Notes under the pieces: generated by a model
Told to the model about the DNA's origin: nothing
What the model saw: the letters and a program-made list of their open reading frames with translations, nothing else
The model's database searches: none
Virus record (IMG/VR): IMGVR_UViG_3300036793_000278
Location: 1-41,276 of that record
DNA: 41,276 bases
Direction: 5' to 3' (one strand)
Source: a virus
Taxonomy: Duplodnaviria; Caudoviricetes
Translations under genes and position numbers: made by a program
Shown here: positions 16,183 through 26,517 of the stretch, in pieces
How positions within the stretch are numbered: the stretch's first letter is position 1
Layout: every line of letters starts with the position of its first letter

Positions 16183-16801
16183 GATATGCAAAAAGCGATT
16201 CAAGCCGGTAACGATTTATGAGTGGTGGTGCTGCGAAGAACACCAAGATGAGTTAGTCACCAAGTTGGCAGCAGAAGCCAGACAGAAACGAATACAACAG
16301 CAGGAGAAAAACCGCAAGAAAGAAGCCCAGCAAGAACGCCAGTCACTCAAAGTCCGCAAGTTAGCACTACAACCAGACAGCCACTTCAAGAAGCAAGCCC
16401 AGCAAGCATTCAACCAGTTCATTCGATTACGTGACCATGACCAGCCATGCGTAAGTTGCGGCGAAAACAACCCTCCCGATCTGCATGGAGGTCAATGGGA
16501 TTGCGGACACTTCAAAACGGTCGGCGGATTCCCTGAGCTGCGCTTCGTCGAAAAAAATGCGTATCGCCAATGCAAATCCTGCAATGCCGGATCGGCAAAG
16601 CACGGGGCAAAAGCAGCGACGGTAGCGCAGCAGTATGAGCAAACGCTGGTTCGACGCTTCGGTCAGGAATTAGTTGATTGGCTGAACGGGCCACATGAAA
16701 TGACCCATTACCGCCGCGACGATTTCATCCGAATTCGAGATGAGTATCGCGCGAAGGCGAAAGAGTTGAAAAAGAAACTGGAGGCAGCATGTGCAGCGTA
16801 A
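16154..16801 (+). CDS. ninG: NinG/Rap recombination endonuclease
   Basis: AFNQFIRLRD..PCVSCG..WDCGHF..QCKSCN. Confidence 0.9.
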   Translation: MKVPKGRNCRICKKRFKPVTIYEWWCCEEHQDELVTKLAAEARQKRIQQQEKNRKKEAQQERQSLKVRKLALQPDSHFKKQAQQAFNQFIRLRDHDQPCVSCGENNPPDLHGGQWDCGHFKTVGGFPELRFVEKNAYRQCKSCNAGSAKHGAKAATVAQQYEQTLVRRFGQELVDWLNGPHEMTHYRRDDFIRIRDEYRAKAKELKKKLEAACAA

Positions 16802-16965
16802 CCAACATAGCTCTGGCTCAACAGAGACAGAAAGACAGAGAGATGCTTCAGGCTATCCAGGCGGCGATTAAGTGCAACGATGAGGTCAGGTCTCGACTTG
16901 AGGAAACGCAGCGCGAGATAGAGAAGCGCCTAGGTGATAACAAGCCTGACCCGGAGGTCGCATGA
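16789..16965 (+). CDS. NinZ-like small protein (58 aa, not in ORF track)
   Basis: MCSVTNIALAQQRQKD..; GGAGG RBS; ATGA overlap with Q. Confidence 0.6.
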   Translation: MCSVTNIALAQQRQKDREMLQAIQAAIKCNDEVRSRLEETQREIEKRLGDNKPDPEVA

Positions 16966-17477
16966 GCGTAAGAGAGTTAAACCTTACCAAAGACCAGCAG
17001 GACTGGATAAACGGTTGGCTGGAACTGTGGGGTGCATGGGTATATACAGGCCGACTGGAAAAGCGCATGAGTAGCATGATCGCTCAGTGGATGGAAAGCG
17101 TTGAACCTTCCAGGGTGATGACAAGGCCAATGTGCAATGACGATGACGGAATGTTGATTTCTCAGGTCGTAGATTCCGTTATGCGCATTGACACAAAGGC
17201 ATTTGGCATCCTTCTAAGTTACTACTCTCATGGCTCTACTGAACACGCAATTGCATCGTACTACCACAAGACCGCAAAGCCCCGCAAATTGTCAAAGCGC
17301 GGGGAGGAGCGACTATCACGCCCATCAATGTCAACTTGCAGGCGGGAGGTTAAAGAGGTTCTTGAGGCTTCACGCTTCATGCTTTACCAACCGCTGCAAA
17401 ATGCTTTCAATGGTCGCAAACGTGTAGCTAAAGTAAAACATATTGCACCGAATGTGTTGACATCCTTGAGCTATTGA
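16962..17477 (+). CDS. Q: Late antiterminator Q
   Basis: WINGWLELWGAWV..RPMCNDDDG; precedes late promoter. Confidence 0.85.
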   Translation: MSVRELNLTKDQQDWINGWLELWGAWVYTGRLEKRMSSMIAQWMESVEPSRVMTRPMCNDDDGMLISQVVDSVMRIDTKAFGILLSYYSHGSTEHAIASYYHKTAKPRKLSKRGEERLSRPSMSTCRREVKEVLEASRFMLYQPLQNAFNGRKRVAKVKHIAPNVLTSLSY

Positions 17478-17540
17478 GCAATCATAAACACATAAGCTGC
17501 CGTTAGTGACTCTTAAGTTACTGCGGTGGCTTTTTTATTT
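17457..17540 (+). promoter_or_regulatory. Late promoter pR' and terminator tR'
   Basis: TTGACA at 17457-17462; GCTGCCG..CGGTGGC hairpin plus TTTTTTATTT. Confidence 0.7.
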
Positions 17541-17638
17541 TCACAACAGGAAAGGTGTTTCAGATTCCCTGATTCACGGCAGTCATGTGTATCACAGTCG
17601 GTTGAAAGAAATTCCGCTCTGGTGAGACGCCTTTCCGT

Positions 17639-17793
17639 TGTGGTGAATGCGCAGGCTGATGCGCTAACTCGCGTGGGTTCCAGTGGTTACATTGGGTAGG
17701 CGGGGATTAACTGACCTGCATCCGTAGATGAAAAGGCTAGCGGCCACAAGACACTGGGAATCATCAAGCCGGATTTCAGCACCGGCCACCACA
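17639..17793 (+). ncRNA. C4/c4-2-like structured phage RNA
   Basis: Closing stem TGTGGTG/CACCACA; hairpins GCGC-AGGCTGAT-GCGC and GCCGG-ATTTCAGCA-CCGGC with complementary loops; internal TTCCAGTG/CACTGGGA stem. Confidence 0.7.
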
Positions 17794-17802
17794 CATTATT
17801 CG

Positions 17803-17830
17803 AAGCCTCGGTTAACAGCCGGGGCTTTTT
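17803..17830 (+). terminator. Intrinsic terminator after the RNA
   Basis: AAGCCTCGG..CCGGGGCTT plus T-run. Confidence 0.75.
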
Positions 17831-17940
17831 CGTTTGCGTTCATCCCAAATCCCGGAACACCCTCTATCCCCTCGTAGCGAATCGCGGTAACGGGGTGAGC
17901 GCAAACCAAAGAACGCTCCTACCAACAACTGGTGAAAATT

Positions 17941-18309
17941 ATGAACGACCAGCAAATTGAAGATGAAATCGTATCTAAAGGCTTGACCGCTCCACGCGTA
18001 ACCATGCGGCGCATCGAGTCCATCATAACCAGTGAGAATTACTTCACTGCTCATGATGGTTGGGTCGGAGCTAGTGCTCAGCAAGACACCGGAGAGGCTA
18101 TCGAGCTTGATGATATTAATCAGCTCAAACTACTCACATTCTGCGTTCTTGTTCTTGAGAATGGTTTTACCGTGACCGGGGAAAGCGCCTGTGCAAGCCC
18201 GGAGAATTTTGATGCCGAAGTGGGGCGTAAAATTGCCCGTCAAAATGCAGTGAATAAAATTTGGCTTCTTGAGGGCTATCTGCTTAAGCAGAGGCTTTAC
18301 GAAGAGTAG
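17941..18309 (+). CDS. N4 Gp49 / Sf6 gp66 family protein
   Basis: LTFCVLVLENGFTVTGESACASPENFDAEVGRKIA..IWLLEGYLL. Confidence 0.85.
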   Translation: MNDQQIEDEIVSKGLTAPRVTMRRIESIITSENYFTAHDGWVGASAQQDTGEAIELDDINQLKLLTFCVLVLENGFTVTGESACASPENFDAEVGRKIARQNAVNKIWLLEGYLLKQRLYEE

Positions 18310-18430
18310 TCATTACAAAGCGTCATGCGTTGGCGCTTGATAATGATTAGCAAAACTTAGCGCTATCTGCGCATTCACTTTTCCCTTCAAACAAACACAC
18401 AGCACAGCCCTTAACCGGGAGGTGAAGAGC

Positions 18431-18646
18431 ATGTATCGCATGGACAAACTAACAACTGGCATTGCCTACGGTGCATCGGGAACGAACGCCGGATACTGGC
18501 TGCTACAGCTGACGGATAAAGTAAGTCCATCCCAGTGGGCGGCAATAGGTGTGATTGGAAGCCTGGTATTCGGGTTTCTTACATATCTGACAAACCTCTA
18601 TTTCAAAATCAAAGAAGACAGGCGCAAAGAAGCGCGAGGCGAGTAA
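18431..18646 (+). CDS. S: Pinholin (S21 family), dual start at 18431 and 18440
   Basis: [14 protein letters not shown]; two TM segments; basic tail. Confidence 0.9.
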   Translation: MYRMDKLTTGIAYGASGTNAGYWLLQLTDKVSPSQWAAIGVIGSLVFGFLTYLTNLYFKIKEDRRKEARGE

Positions 18647-18648
18647 CG

Positions 18649-19140
18649 ATGAATCCAGCACTGAGAAAAGCGCTATTAGGCATGACTGGCGCTGGAGCGG
18701 TTGCCATCGCCGGGACAATGCTCACTGATCTTGAAGGCGTTCGCTATACGCCGTACTACGATGTCGCCGGGGTGCTGACCGTTTGCTACGGCCACACAGG
18801 CGCAGACATCATCAAGAACAAAACGTACACGCATGCCGAATGCAAAGCGATTCTGGATAAAGACCTGCAGCCATTCGCTCGCTCAGTTGAGCTTTCCGTT
18901 AAAGTCCCAGCTAACGAATACCAGAAAGCGGCTCTCATCAGCTTTAGCTACAACGTCGGCGTGAATGCCTTCCAGAATTCATCACTACTACGCAACCTTA
19001 ATGCGGGAAATTACGCTCTTGCCTGTGACGGATTAAAGGCATGGGTTTATGCGGGGAAGGGTAAGGATAAAAAGGCATGGCCGGGACTGATGAATCGGCG
19101 CGAGGTAGAGCGCGAGGTTTGCATGTGGGGTCAGAAATGA
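18649..19140 (+). CDS. R: SAR endolysin (GH24 lysozyme)
   Basis: Gly/Ala-rich SAR N-terminus; E-x8-D-x5-T triad ([16 protein letters not shown]). Confidence 0.9.
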   Translation: MNPALRKALLGMTGAGAVAIAGTMLTDLEGVRYTPYYDVAGVLTVCYGHTGADIIKNKTYTHAECKAILDKDLQPFARSVELSVKVPANEYQKAALISFSYNVGVNAFQNSSLLRNLNAGNYALACDGLKAWVYAGKGKDKKAWPGLMNRREVEREVCMWGQK

Positions 19141-19577
19141 ACCGCGCAACGCTAATCATCATCGCCGTCGTGACTGCAATCCTGTTTAGCCTGTGCTGGG
19201 CTGTCGATCACTACCGCTCAAACGCGATGCTCTACAAAAGCCAGCGCGATAAAGCACTGGTCATTATTGCCGACATGCAGAACCGCCAGCGAGATGCTGC
19301 AGCACTTGACGCCAAATACACCGGAGAGCTGGCAGATGCGAAACGCACCATTGAAGACTTGCAGCGTGATGTTGATTCTGGCAAGCGTCGGCTGCAGCTC
19401 AACGCCACCTGCTCAAAGGGTGACGCCACCACAACCCGCGGCATGGGCGATGCTTCCACCGCCAGACCTACTGACTCCGCTGAACGGGATTATTTCACTC
19501 TCAGACAGCGAATCGAAACAGTGACCGGTCAGGTTAACTACCTGCAGGACTACATCAGGCAGCAGTGCTTGCGATAA
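19137..19577 (+). CDS. Rz: i-spanin Rz
   Basis: N-terminal [13 protein letters not shown]-terminal YIRQQC. Confidence 0.9.
   Translation: MNRATLIIIAVVTAILFSLCWAVDHYRSNAMLYKSQRDKALVIIADMQNRQRDAAALDAKYTGELADAKRTIEDLQRDVDSGKRRLQLNATCSKGDATTTRGMGDASTARPTDSAERDYFTLRQRIETVTGQVNYLQDYIRQQCLR
19336..19524 (+). CDS. Rz1: o-spanin Rz1 lipoprotein (embedded)
   Basis: Lipobox SVGC, Pro-rich mature part, +1 frame inside Rz. Confidence 0.85.
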   Translation: MRNAPLKTCSVMLILASVGCSSTPPAQRVTPPQPAAWAMLPPPDLLTPLNGIISLSDSESKQ

Positions 19578-19589
19578 AGCGGTGGTTAT

Positions 19590-19961
19590 ATGGCTAAAAA
19601 CAAATGGCCCAAGCTTCCAAGATTTTTCATCCCTCTTTTTCATACAGCCAACATTTACCTTTGCCGTAGCAAAGAGGAATGGACGCAGGCCGAATTAGCA
19701 TTGGGTGTACCTCTATCCGATGTGAGTTTTAACAACGGCAGGTGTCGCCACTTCTCCGACGATGAAACAGGAGAGAACCTCTATCTCGTCGGAGTGTTTG
19801 ACGGAAATGTATCAACCCTTGTTCACGAGTGCGCCCATGCGACTTTTTATTGCTGCAATGATGTCGGAGTGACTATCGATACTGGAGCGGCAAACGAAAC
19901 ATATTGCTACTTGATTGACCGCATGGTCAGCGAGTTCTTACCCCACATGAAGCAGGATTAA
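19590..19961 (+). CDS. Hypothetical protein with HEXXH motif
   Basis: TLVHECAH..NETYCY. Confidence 0.7.
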   Translation: MAKNKWPKLPRFFIPLFHTANIYLCRSKEEWTQAELALGVPLSDVSFNNGRCRHFSDDETGENLYLVGVFDGNVSTLVHECAHATFYCCNDVGVTIDTGAANETYCYLIDRMVSEFLPHMKQD

Positions 19962-19963
19962 AA

Positions 19964-20197
19964 ATGCCAGATATCACCCAAATGACAGAAGCGCAAAAGC
20001 TAAAACTGGAAGTTTACCGCCTGGTCATGAATGACTCAGCTGCTACTGAGAAAGCGATTGAGTTTATCGCAAGCAGCGAGCTGAACTTTGAATTGTTCAA
20101 AGATGCCTACGCGAAAACAGCAAATGAGAACACAGCGCTGGCAAAAACAGAGAAAGCAATCCGCATCGCGAAGGAAGTAAAAGACCTGTTTGCATAA
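19964..20197 (+). CDS. DUF2560-like phage protein
   Basis: QKLKLEVYRLVMNDSAATEKAIEFI; upstream of terS as in P22-like phages. Confidence 0.7.
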   Translation: MPDITQMTEAQKLKLEVYRLVMNDSAATEKAIEFIASSELNFELFKDAYAKTANENTALAKTEKAIRIAKEVKDLFA

Positions 20198-20213
20198 ACT
20201 GTGAGGGGTTCCA

Positions 20214-21188
20214 ATGGTTATTTATAAAGGCCGAGTATATGGAGTTCCTGGAGCAACTGGATCACAAGGCCCCGTTGGTCCGCAAGGTCCTCCTGGCCCT
20301 GTCGGTGCTGAAGGGCTTGAGTGGAAAGGCGTTTGGAGCTCCTCAACTGCTTATGTGAACGATGATGCCGTAGCCTACAACGGAGCTTCTTATTTCTGCA
20401 TCACGCCAAATACCAACAACCCTCCAACCGGATCGCCAACTGACACAAGCTGGGCGCTTCTCGCATCCCAGGGAGCTACTGGACCCCAAGGCCCGCAAGG
20501 GATTCAGGGTGAGAAGGGAGAAAAAGGCGATCAGGGTTCACAAGGCATTCAAGGAATCCAGGGGGCGACAGGAAGTACTGGCGCTCAAGGTGAAATTGGT
20601 CCTCAGGGGGTAAAAGGCGACGCAGGGATTCAGGGTGCAACCGGCTCTACTGGCCCAACAGGCGCTACCGGTCCGCAGGGGATAAAGGGCGATAGTGGAG
20701 ATGTTGGACCACAAGGTCCAGCGGGCCCGACCGGAGCAACTGGCCCCAAAGGTGATGTGGGTGCTACAGGCTCGCCAGGATCCGCTGGGGCTACAGGTGC
20801 TCAGGGCGCAACAGGTGTTGGCCTATCTCCTGGAACGCCTTCGGCAATCTCCGTTGCATTCGGCACTGGAACTCGTCCAACCGATACAACTAAAGCCTAC
20901 CTCGTATCAATCACCATTGAGGCAACCTACAGCATTTCAGTAGCTGGCACTGTTGGTGACACCTGCGAGCTATGGGTTGGCTCTGCTAGCAATGTCGGAA
21001 CGACGGGCGGGTCACTCGTTGAGTCATGGGGAGCTTCACTAACTGGTATCCTGACACTCGTAGGTGCGGGAATGAGGGCCAGAGGCTGCGTAAGAGCAAT
21101 GGTGCCTGCTGGGTATTACTTCGCAGTGCGTAGAACTCTTACCGGCACATCATCAATTCAAAGCGCTACCGTTACTTACCTGACATAA
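20214..21188 (+). CDS. Collagen-like fibre protein with a CBM5/12-like module
   Basis: 8 + 38 Gly-X-Y triplets flanking W..Y..DAVAYNGASYFC..W module; beta-rich C-terminal domain. Confidence 0.85.
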   Translation: MVIYKGRVYGVPGATGSQGPVGPQGPPGPVGAEGLEWKGVWSSSTAYVNDDAVAYNGASYFCITPNTNNPPTGSPTDTSWALLASQGATGPQGPQGIQGEKGEKGDQGSQGIQGIQGATGSTGAQGEIGPQGVKGDAGIQGATGSTGPTGATGPQGIKGDSGDVGPQGPAGPTGATGPKGDVGATGSPGSAGATGAQGATGVGLSPGTPSAISVAFGTGTRPTDTTKAYLVSITIEATYSISVAGTVGDTCELWVGSASNVGTTGGSLVESWGASLTGILTLVGAGMRARGCVRAMVPAGYYFAVRRTLTGTSSIQSATVTYLT

Positions 21189-21198
21189 GGAATTAATC

Positions 21199-21444
21199 AT
21201 GAGCTCAACGCAAAACCTTATTGTCGGTATGGACTGGAAGCAGATAACAGATGGGTCAGCAACAAAAACGCTCCAGGTACTGAACAGTGGCTGGTGTTAC
21301 TTGTTTGACTCACCAACCAAGCCTGATGCGCAAGATACAGGCCACCTGGTCGACGACTTCATGACTATTACAGCGCCTACCATAGCGTGGGTAAGGTCAG
21401 TCGGCGGCACTGCTGGAAATCAGGTTGAGATAGCAATTAGCTAA
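21199..21444 (+). CDS. Small beta-rich hypothetical protein
   Basis: AAGGA RBS; between collagen gene and terS. Confidence 0.7.
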   Translation: MSSTQNLIVGMDWKQITDGSATKTLQVLNSGWCYLFDSPTKPDAQDTGHLVDDFMTITAPTIAWVRSVGGTAGNQVEIAIS

Positions 21445-21455
21445 AGGAATTAATA

Positions 21456-21944
21456 ATGGCAGCACCAAAGGGCAACCGATTCTGGGAGGCCCGCAGTAGT
21501 CATGGGCGAAATCCCAAATTCGAATCTCCTGAGGCTCTGTGGGCTGCATGTTGTGAATACTTCGAATGGGTAGAGGCCAATCCACTATATGAAGTGAAGG
21601 CATTCGCTTTTCAGGGTGTGGTGACGCAAGAGTCATTGCCAAAGATTCGAGCGATGACGATTTCAGGCCTGTGCATCTTCCTGGATATCACCAGGCAAAC
21701 GTGGGGAACCTTCCGCGCAATAGAAGGCTTTTCTGACATCACGACGCGAGCAGAAGAGATCATCTACGACCAGAAATTCTCTGGCGCAGCTGCTGACCTC
21801 CTGAACGCAAACATTATTGCCCGCGACCTGGGCCTCAAAGAGCAGTCGCAAGTTGAAGACGTGACGCCTGATAAGGGAGATCGCGATAAGCGCCGATCTC
21901 GCATTAAGGAGTTATTCAGCCGTGGAACTGGACGCGATACTTGA
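21456..21944 (+). CDS. terS: Terminase small subunit (P22 gp3-like)
   Basis: [29 protein letters not shown], as in P22 gp3. Confidence 0.97.
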   Translation: MAAPKGNRFWEARSSHGRNPKFESPEALWAACCEYFEWVEANPLYEVKAFAFQGVVTQESLPKIRAMTISGLCIFLDITRQTWGTFRAIEGFSDITTRAEEIIYDQKFSGAAADLLNANIIARDLGLKEQSQVEDVTPDKGDRDKRRSRIKELFSRGTGRDT

Positions 21945-23421
21945 TGAGTTGACAGAAGACGAGCAGATAGAGCTGCTTGAGCTTCTTGAGGAAGAGGAAC
22001 GATACCGGGAAACGCACCTGCTATATGAGTTCAGGCCATACGGCAAGCAGCGGGAGTTCATAGAGGCTGGCGCTGATTATCCTGAGCGCTGTTTTATGGC
22101 AGGCAACCAGCTGGGCAAGTCCTTTACTGGCGGCGCAGAGGTGGCATTCCATCTCACAGGTCGTTATCCTGGCACGAATGGCTATCCGAAAGATGGTGCA
22201 TACGGCGAAACGTGGGGCGGTAAGCGCTTCTATGAGCCTGTCGTGTTCTGGGTCGGTGGTGAGACTAACGAAACCGTAACGAAGACGACACAGCGCATCC
22301 TGTGCGGTCGTATCGAAGAGAATGATGAGCCTGGCTACGGTTCAATACCGAAAGAGGACATCATCAGTTGGAAGAAGTCACCGTTCTTCCCAAACCTTGT
22401 CGATCACCTCCTGGTTAAGCACCATAACGCTGATGGCGTCGAGGATGGGATATCCATCTGCTACTTCAAGCCGTACTCGCAAGGCCGAGCCCGCTGGCAG
22501 GGTGACACAATCCACGGAGTCTGGTTTGATGAAGAGCCACCGTACAGCATTTACGGAGAGGGCCTGACCCGTACCAATAAATACGGCCAGTTCTCAATGC
22601 TGACGTTTACCCCGCTGATGGGTATGTCAGATGTCGTCACCAAATTCATCAAGAACCCGAGCAAGGCGCAGAAGGTTGTCACCATGACAATCTACGACGC
22701 CGACCACTACAGCGATGAGAAGAAAGAGCAGATCGTCGCATCCTACCCAGAGCATGAACGTGAAGCACGTGCTCGCGGCATACCGACAATGGGTAGCGGG
22801 CGCATCTTCCAGATACCGGAAGAGACTATCAAGTGTCAACCGTTCGAATGCCCCGACCATTTCTACGTTATCGATGCAATGGACTTTGGCTGGGATCACC
22901 CTCAGGCGCAGATTCAGCTTTGGTGGGATAAAGACGCAGACACCATCTATGTCGCTCGAGTATGGAAGAAGAAAGAACACACGGCCGTGCAGGCGTGGGG
23001 AGCGGTGAAGTCATGGGCTCAGAAGATACCGACCGCATGGCCACACGATGGTAATCAGCATGAGAAAGGCGGCGGAGAGCAGTTGAAAGGACAATACGCT
23101 GATGCCGGATTCCAGATGCTGCCAGAGCATGCCACATGGCCTGATGGCGGCAACGCAGTTGAACCTGGTATTACCGAGTTACGCGACATGATGCTTGATG
23201 GTCGCTTCAAGGTTTTCAACACCTGCGAGCCATTCTTCGAAGAGTTCCGTCTGTATCACCGCGATGAAAATGGGAAGATCGTCAAGCTCAACGACGACGT
23301 TCTTTCAGCTGTGCGCTACGGCTACATGATGCGACGCTTCGCGAAGATGATGCGTGATATCAAGGCACCGAAAGAAAAGAAAATACCTGCACCTATTAAA
23401 CCTGTCGCACGGAGAAGATGA
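21922..23421 (+). CDS. terL: Terminase large subunit (P22 gp2-like)
   Basis: 499 aa; AGNQLGKS Walker A, WFDEE Walker B, DFGWDHP nuclease. Confidence 0.97.
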   Translation: MELDAILDELTEDEQIELLELLEEEERYRETHLLYEFRPYGKQREFIEAGADYPERCFMAGNQLGKSFTGGAEVAFHLTGRYPGTNGYPKDGAYGETWGGKRFYEPVVFWVGGETNETVTKTTQRILCGRIEENDEPGYGSIPKEDIISWKKSPFFPNLVDHLLVKHHNADGVEDGISICYFKPYSQGRARWQGDTIHGVWFDEEPPYSIYGEGLTRTNKYGQFSMLTFTPLMGMSDVVTKFIKNPSKAQKVVTMTIYDADHYSDEKKEQIVASYPEHEREARARGIPTMGSGRIFQIPEETIKCQPFECPDHFYVIDAMDFGWDHPQAQIQLWWDKDADTIYVARVWKKKEHTAVQAWGAVKSWAQKIPTAWPHDGNQHEKGGGEQLKGQYADAGFQMLPEHATWPDGGNAVEPGITELRDMMLDGRFKVFNTCEPFFEEFRLYHRDENGKIVKLNDDVLSAVRYGYMMRRFAKMMRDIKAPKEKKIPAPIKPVARRR

Positions 23422-25592
23422 TGGCAGATAACGAACGCCTAAACGCCATTCTGTGCCAGTTTGATATTGACTGGTCATCTGGTGATGAGGCCAGAACCGA
23501 GGCGACAAACGATTTGTACTTCAGTCGTGTTAGTCAATGGGATGACTGGTTAAGCGAATACACCACGCTACAGTATCGCGGCCAGTTCGATGTTGTTCGC
23601 CCGGTGGTGCGTAAACTCGTTGCAGAGATGCGTAAGAACCCTATCGATGTTCTATATCGCCCAAAGGATGGTGCCAAGCCAGACTCAGCTGACACGCTGA
23701 TGGGTATGTATCGCACAGATATGCGACACAACGCAGCCCGCTCTGCAGTTAACGTTGCAGTTCGTGAGCAGATTGAATGTGGTGTGGGTCACTGGCGTTT
23801 GGTCACGGAGTACGAAGATGACAATCTTTTAAGCCGTAATCAGGTAATTCGTCGTCGACCGCTGCACGAGTCATGCAACCATGTGGTATGGGACTGCAAT
23901 AGCAAAGAGCAGGACAAAAGCGACGCCAAGCATTGCACGGTCATTCAGCCATTCAGCACCGAGGGCTGGAAGGTATTTGCAGAAGAAAACGATATCGACC
24001 CTGACATAATTCCATCGTTCCAGAGCCCAGACATGAACTGGATGTTCCCGTGGATATCGAAGGATGTTGTTTACGTTGGAGAATACTACGAGGTCGAAGA
24101 GAAAAATGAGAAGGTCTTCATCTATCTCGACCCAATGACTGGCGAGCCGGTTAGCTACTACCAGCGCGATATCAAAGATGTCATCGATGACCTGGCTGAT
24201 AAGGGATTTGTTAAGGTTGCCGAGAAGAAGGTTAATCGCCGTCGTGTTTATAAGTCGCTCATAACCTGCACTGACATTCTGAAAGACCGCGAGCTAATTG
24301 CTGGCGAGCATATCCCGATTGTACCTGCATACGGTGAGTGGGGATTTGCTGGCGACAAAGAGGTTTACGAGGGTGTTGTACGCCTGACGAAAGACGGCCA
24401 GCGCCTGCGCAACATGATCATGTCATTCAACGCTGACATTGTCGCCCGCAATCCACGCAAGAAGCCAATCTTTGCTCCTGAGCAGATTGAAGGTTATGAG
24501 TACATGTACGGAGGCAATGATGACTACCCGTATTATCTTCAGAACTGGAAAGATGAGAACGGTCAGGATATGCCAATCGGCCCTCTGGCCTACATGGAAA
24601 ACCCTGAAGTACCACAGGCCAACGCATACATGCTTGAGGCTGCTACTGCAGCAGTGAAAGAGGTAGCGACACTCGGGGTTGATGCTTCGGCGGCCAATGG
24701 GCAGGTCGCTTTCGATACCGTCAACCAGCTAAACATGCGAGCTGACCTTGAGACGTACGTGTTTCAGGATAACCTGGCGACTGCTTTTCGTCGTGATGGT
24801 GAGATTTACCAGTCAATGGTCAATGACATCTACGACGTGCCGCGCAATGTAACGGTGACGCTTGAAGATGGGAGCGAGAAAGACGTTCAGGTAATGTCTC
24901 AGATCGTTGACCTGCAATCTGGAAATGTCGTGACGTTAAACGATATTCGCGGTCGCTATGAGTGCTACACCGACACCGGCCCATCATTCCAGAGCATGAA
25001 GGAGCAGAACCGAGCGGAGATTCAAGAATTGCTCGCGAAAGTTCCTCCTGGAACGCCTGAATGGCAAATGTTGCTGCTTCAGTACTTCACGTTACTCGAC
25101 GGCAAGGGTGTTGAAATGATGCGAGAGTATGCCAACAAGCAGCTTGTCATGATGGGACTGAAGAAACCGGAAACGCCTGAAGAGATTCAGATGGTGGAAC
25201 AGGCTCAGCAGAAAAAGCAGGAGCCAAATCCTGAAATGGTGGCAGCAATGGCCCAGGATAAACTGGCAACCGCTGAGCTTCAGAAAGCAAGCAATGAGCA
25301 AACGGCAATTCAGGTTAAAGCGTACCAGGCACAAACTGATGCCCAGGTAGCTGCGGCTAAAGTTGTGCAGCTTCTTGCATCGGCTGATAGCCAGCAAAAA
25401 GAAGATGTTCGCGAAGCTCTCAAGCTTCTTTCTCAATTCCAGAAACAAAACAATGACGATGCTCGCGCTGATGCTGAACTGGTTCTCAAAGGGACTGGTC
25501 AGCAACATCAGCGAAATATGGACATCGCCAACATCCTGCAATCGCAGAGACAAAATACCCCTTCCGGCAGCGTAGCCGAGAATCCTCAATAA
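23421..25592 (+). CDS. Portal protein (P22 gp1-like)
   Basis: [20 protein letters not shown]; size and position. Confidence 0.95.
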   Translation: MADNERLNAILCQFDIDWSSGDEARTEATNDLYFSRVSQWDDWLSEYTTLQYRGQFDVVRPVVRKLVAEMRKNPIDVLYRPKDGAKPDSADTLMGMYRTDMRHNAARSAVNVAVREQIECGVGHWRLVTEYEDDNLLSRNQVIRRRPLHESCNHVVWDCNSKEQDKSDAKHCTVIQPFSTEGWKVFAEENDIDPDIIPSFQSPDMNWMFPWISKDVVYVGEYYEVEEKNEKVFIYLDPMTGEPVSYYQRDIKDVIDDLADKGFVKVAEKKVNRRRVYKSLITCTDILKDRELIAGEHIPIVPAYGEWGFAGDKEVYEGVVRLTKDGQRLRNMIMSFNADIVARNPRKKPIFAPEQIEGYEYMYGGNDDYPYYLQNWKDENGQDMPIGPLAYMENPEVPQANAYMLEAATAAVKEVATLGVDASAANGQVAFDTVNQLNMRADLETYVFQDNLATAFRRDGEIYQSMVNDIYDVPRNVTVTLEDGSEKDVQVMSQIVDLQSGNVVTLNDIRGRYECYTDTGPSFQSMKEQNRAEIQELLAKVPPGTPEWQMLLLQYFTLLDGKGVEMMREYANKQLVMMGLKKPETPEEIQMVEQAQQKKQEPNPEMVAAMAQDKLATAELQKASNEQTAIQVKAYQAQTDAQVAAAKVVQLLASADSQQKEDVREALKLLSQFQKQNNDDARADAELVLKGTGQQHQRNMDIANILQSQRQNTPSGSVAENPQ

Positions 25593-25605
25593 GAGAGAGC
25601 TAATC

Positions 25606-26517
25606 ATGTTTGATACCACCGAAACTCAGGGCTCTGAGGGCCAACCCCTGCACGTCGATAATGCGGCGGCAACCACAGTCGATACTGAGTCACATGCCAG
25701 TGACGAAGGTGTGCAGGAATCAGGCTTTGACATTGTTCTGAATGACGATGAGGGAAAGCACAAGCAAGACCCGGCAACCAATGCGCAATTTGCACAGCGT
25801 CGACTTGAGCGCAAGCGTCAGCGTGAGCTTGAGCAACAGGCGGCCGCCGTACAGCGTGGAGAGTTGCCGGAGAATCTACGGGTAAATCCTGAGCTACCAA
25901 TCCAGCCAAATGCTAATGACTTCTTCTCTGATGATTCATTGGCTAAATACGACTATGACACCAACCGTGCGGCAGCTGCATTCCAGCAAGCAAATGCCGA
26001 ATGGCAGATGAAGGCCATGGATGCGCGAAGCAATGCCGTGGCAGAGCAGGGTAAAAAAACTCAGGAGTACACCCAGCAATCAACGAAATACGTCGAGGCT
26101 GCCCGTAAGCACTACGACTCAGCGGAAAAGCTAAATATTCCTGATTATCAGGCTAAAGAAGATGCATTCATGCAGTTGGTTCCACCTCAGGTGGGTGTCG
26201 ACATCATGCGTCTTTTCCCTGGCAAATCTGCTGAGCTCGTTTATCACCTGGGTGCAAATCCAGAGAAAGCTCGCCAACTAATGGCGATGGATGGTCAGTC
26301 AGCGCTGATTGAATTAACTCGACTATCAGAACGCTTAACTCTCAAGCCTCGCAGCAAGCCTGTTTCAGAAGCCCCTAACCCTGATGAACCATTACAGGGT
26401 CAAGCTGTTGCGGCAAATATGTCTGCTCTTGAAAAGCAGATGAACGCAGCCGCAGCAAAAGGTGATGTAGAGACATACCGCAAGCTAAAGGCACAATTGA
26501 ATAAAGGAAATCGATAA
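25606..26517 (+). CDS. Scaffolding protein (P22 gp8-like)
   Basis: 303 aa; C-terminal [17 protein letters not shown] coat-binding domain. Confidence 0.95.
   Translation: MFDTTETQGSEGQPLHVDNAAATTVDTESHASDEGVQESGFDIVLNDDEGKHKQDPATNAQFAQRRLERKRQRELEQQAAAVQRGELPENLRVNPELPIQPNANDFFSDDSLAKYDYDTNRAAAAFQQANAEWQMKAMDARSNAVAEQGKKTQEYTQQSTKYVEAARKHYDSAEKLNIPDYQAKEDAFMQLVPPQVGVDIMRLFPGKSAELVYHLGANPEKARQLMAMDGQSALIELTRLSERLTLKPRSKPVSEAPNPDEPLQGQAVAANMSALEKQMNAAAAKGDVETYRKLKAQLNKGNR

Noticed and set aside
17639-17793. tRNA or suppressor tRNA after Q
   Set aside because: About 155 nt, no T-loop GTTC or anticodon arm; fits a C4-like fold, so it does not explain the TGA codons
18422-18430. Third holin start at GTG 18422
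   Set aside because: The GTG is part of the GGAGGTG Shine-Dalgarno for ATG 18431
20471-20820. DNA tandem repeats in the collagen gene
   Set aside because: Periodicity comes from Gly-X-Y coding with varied codons
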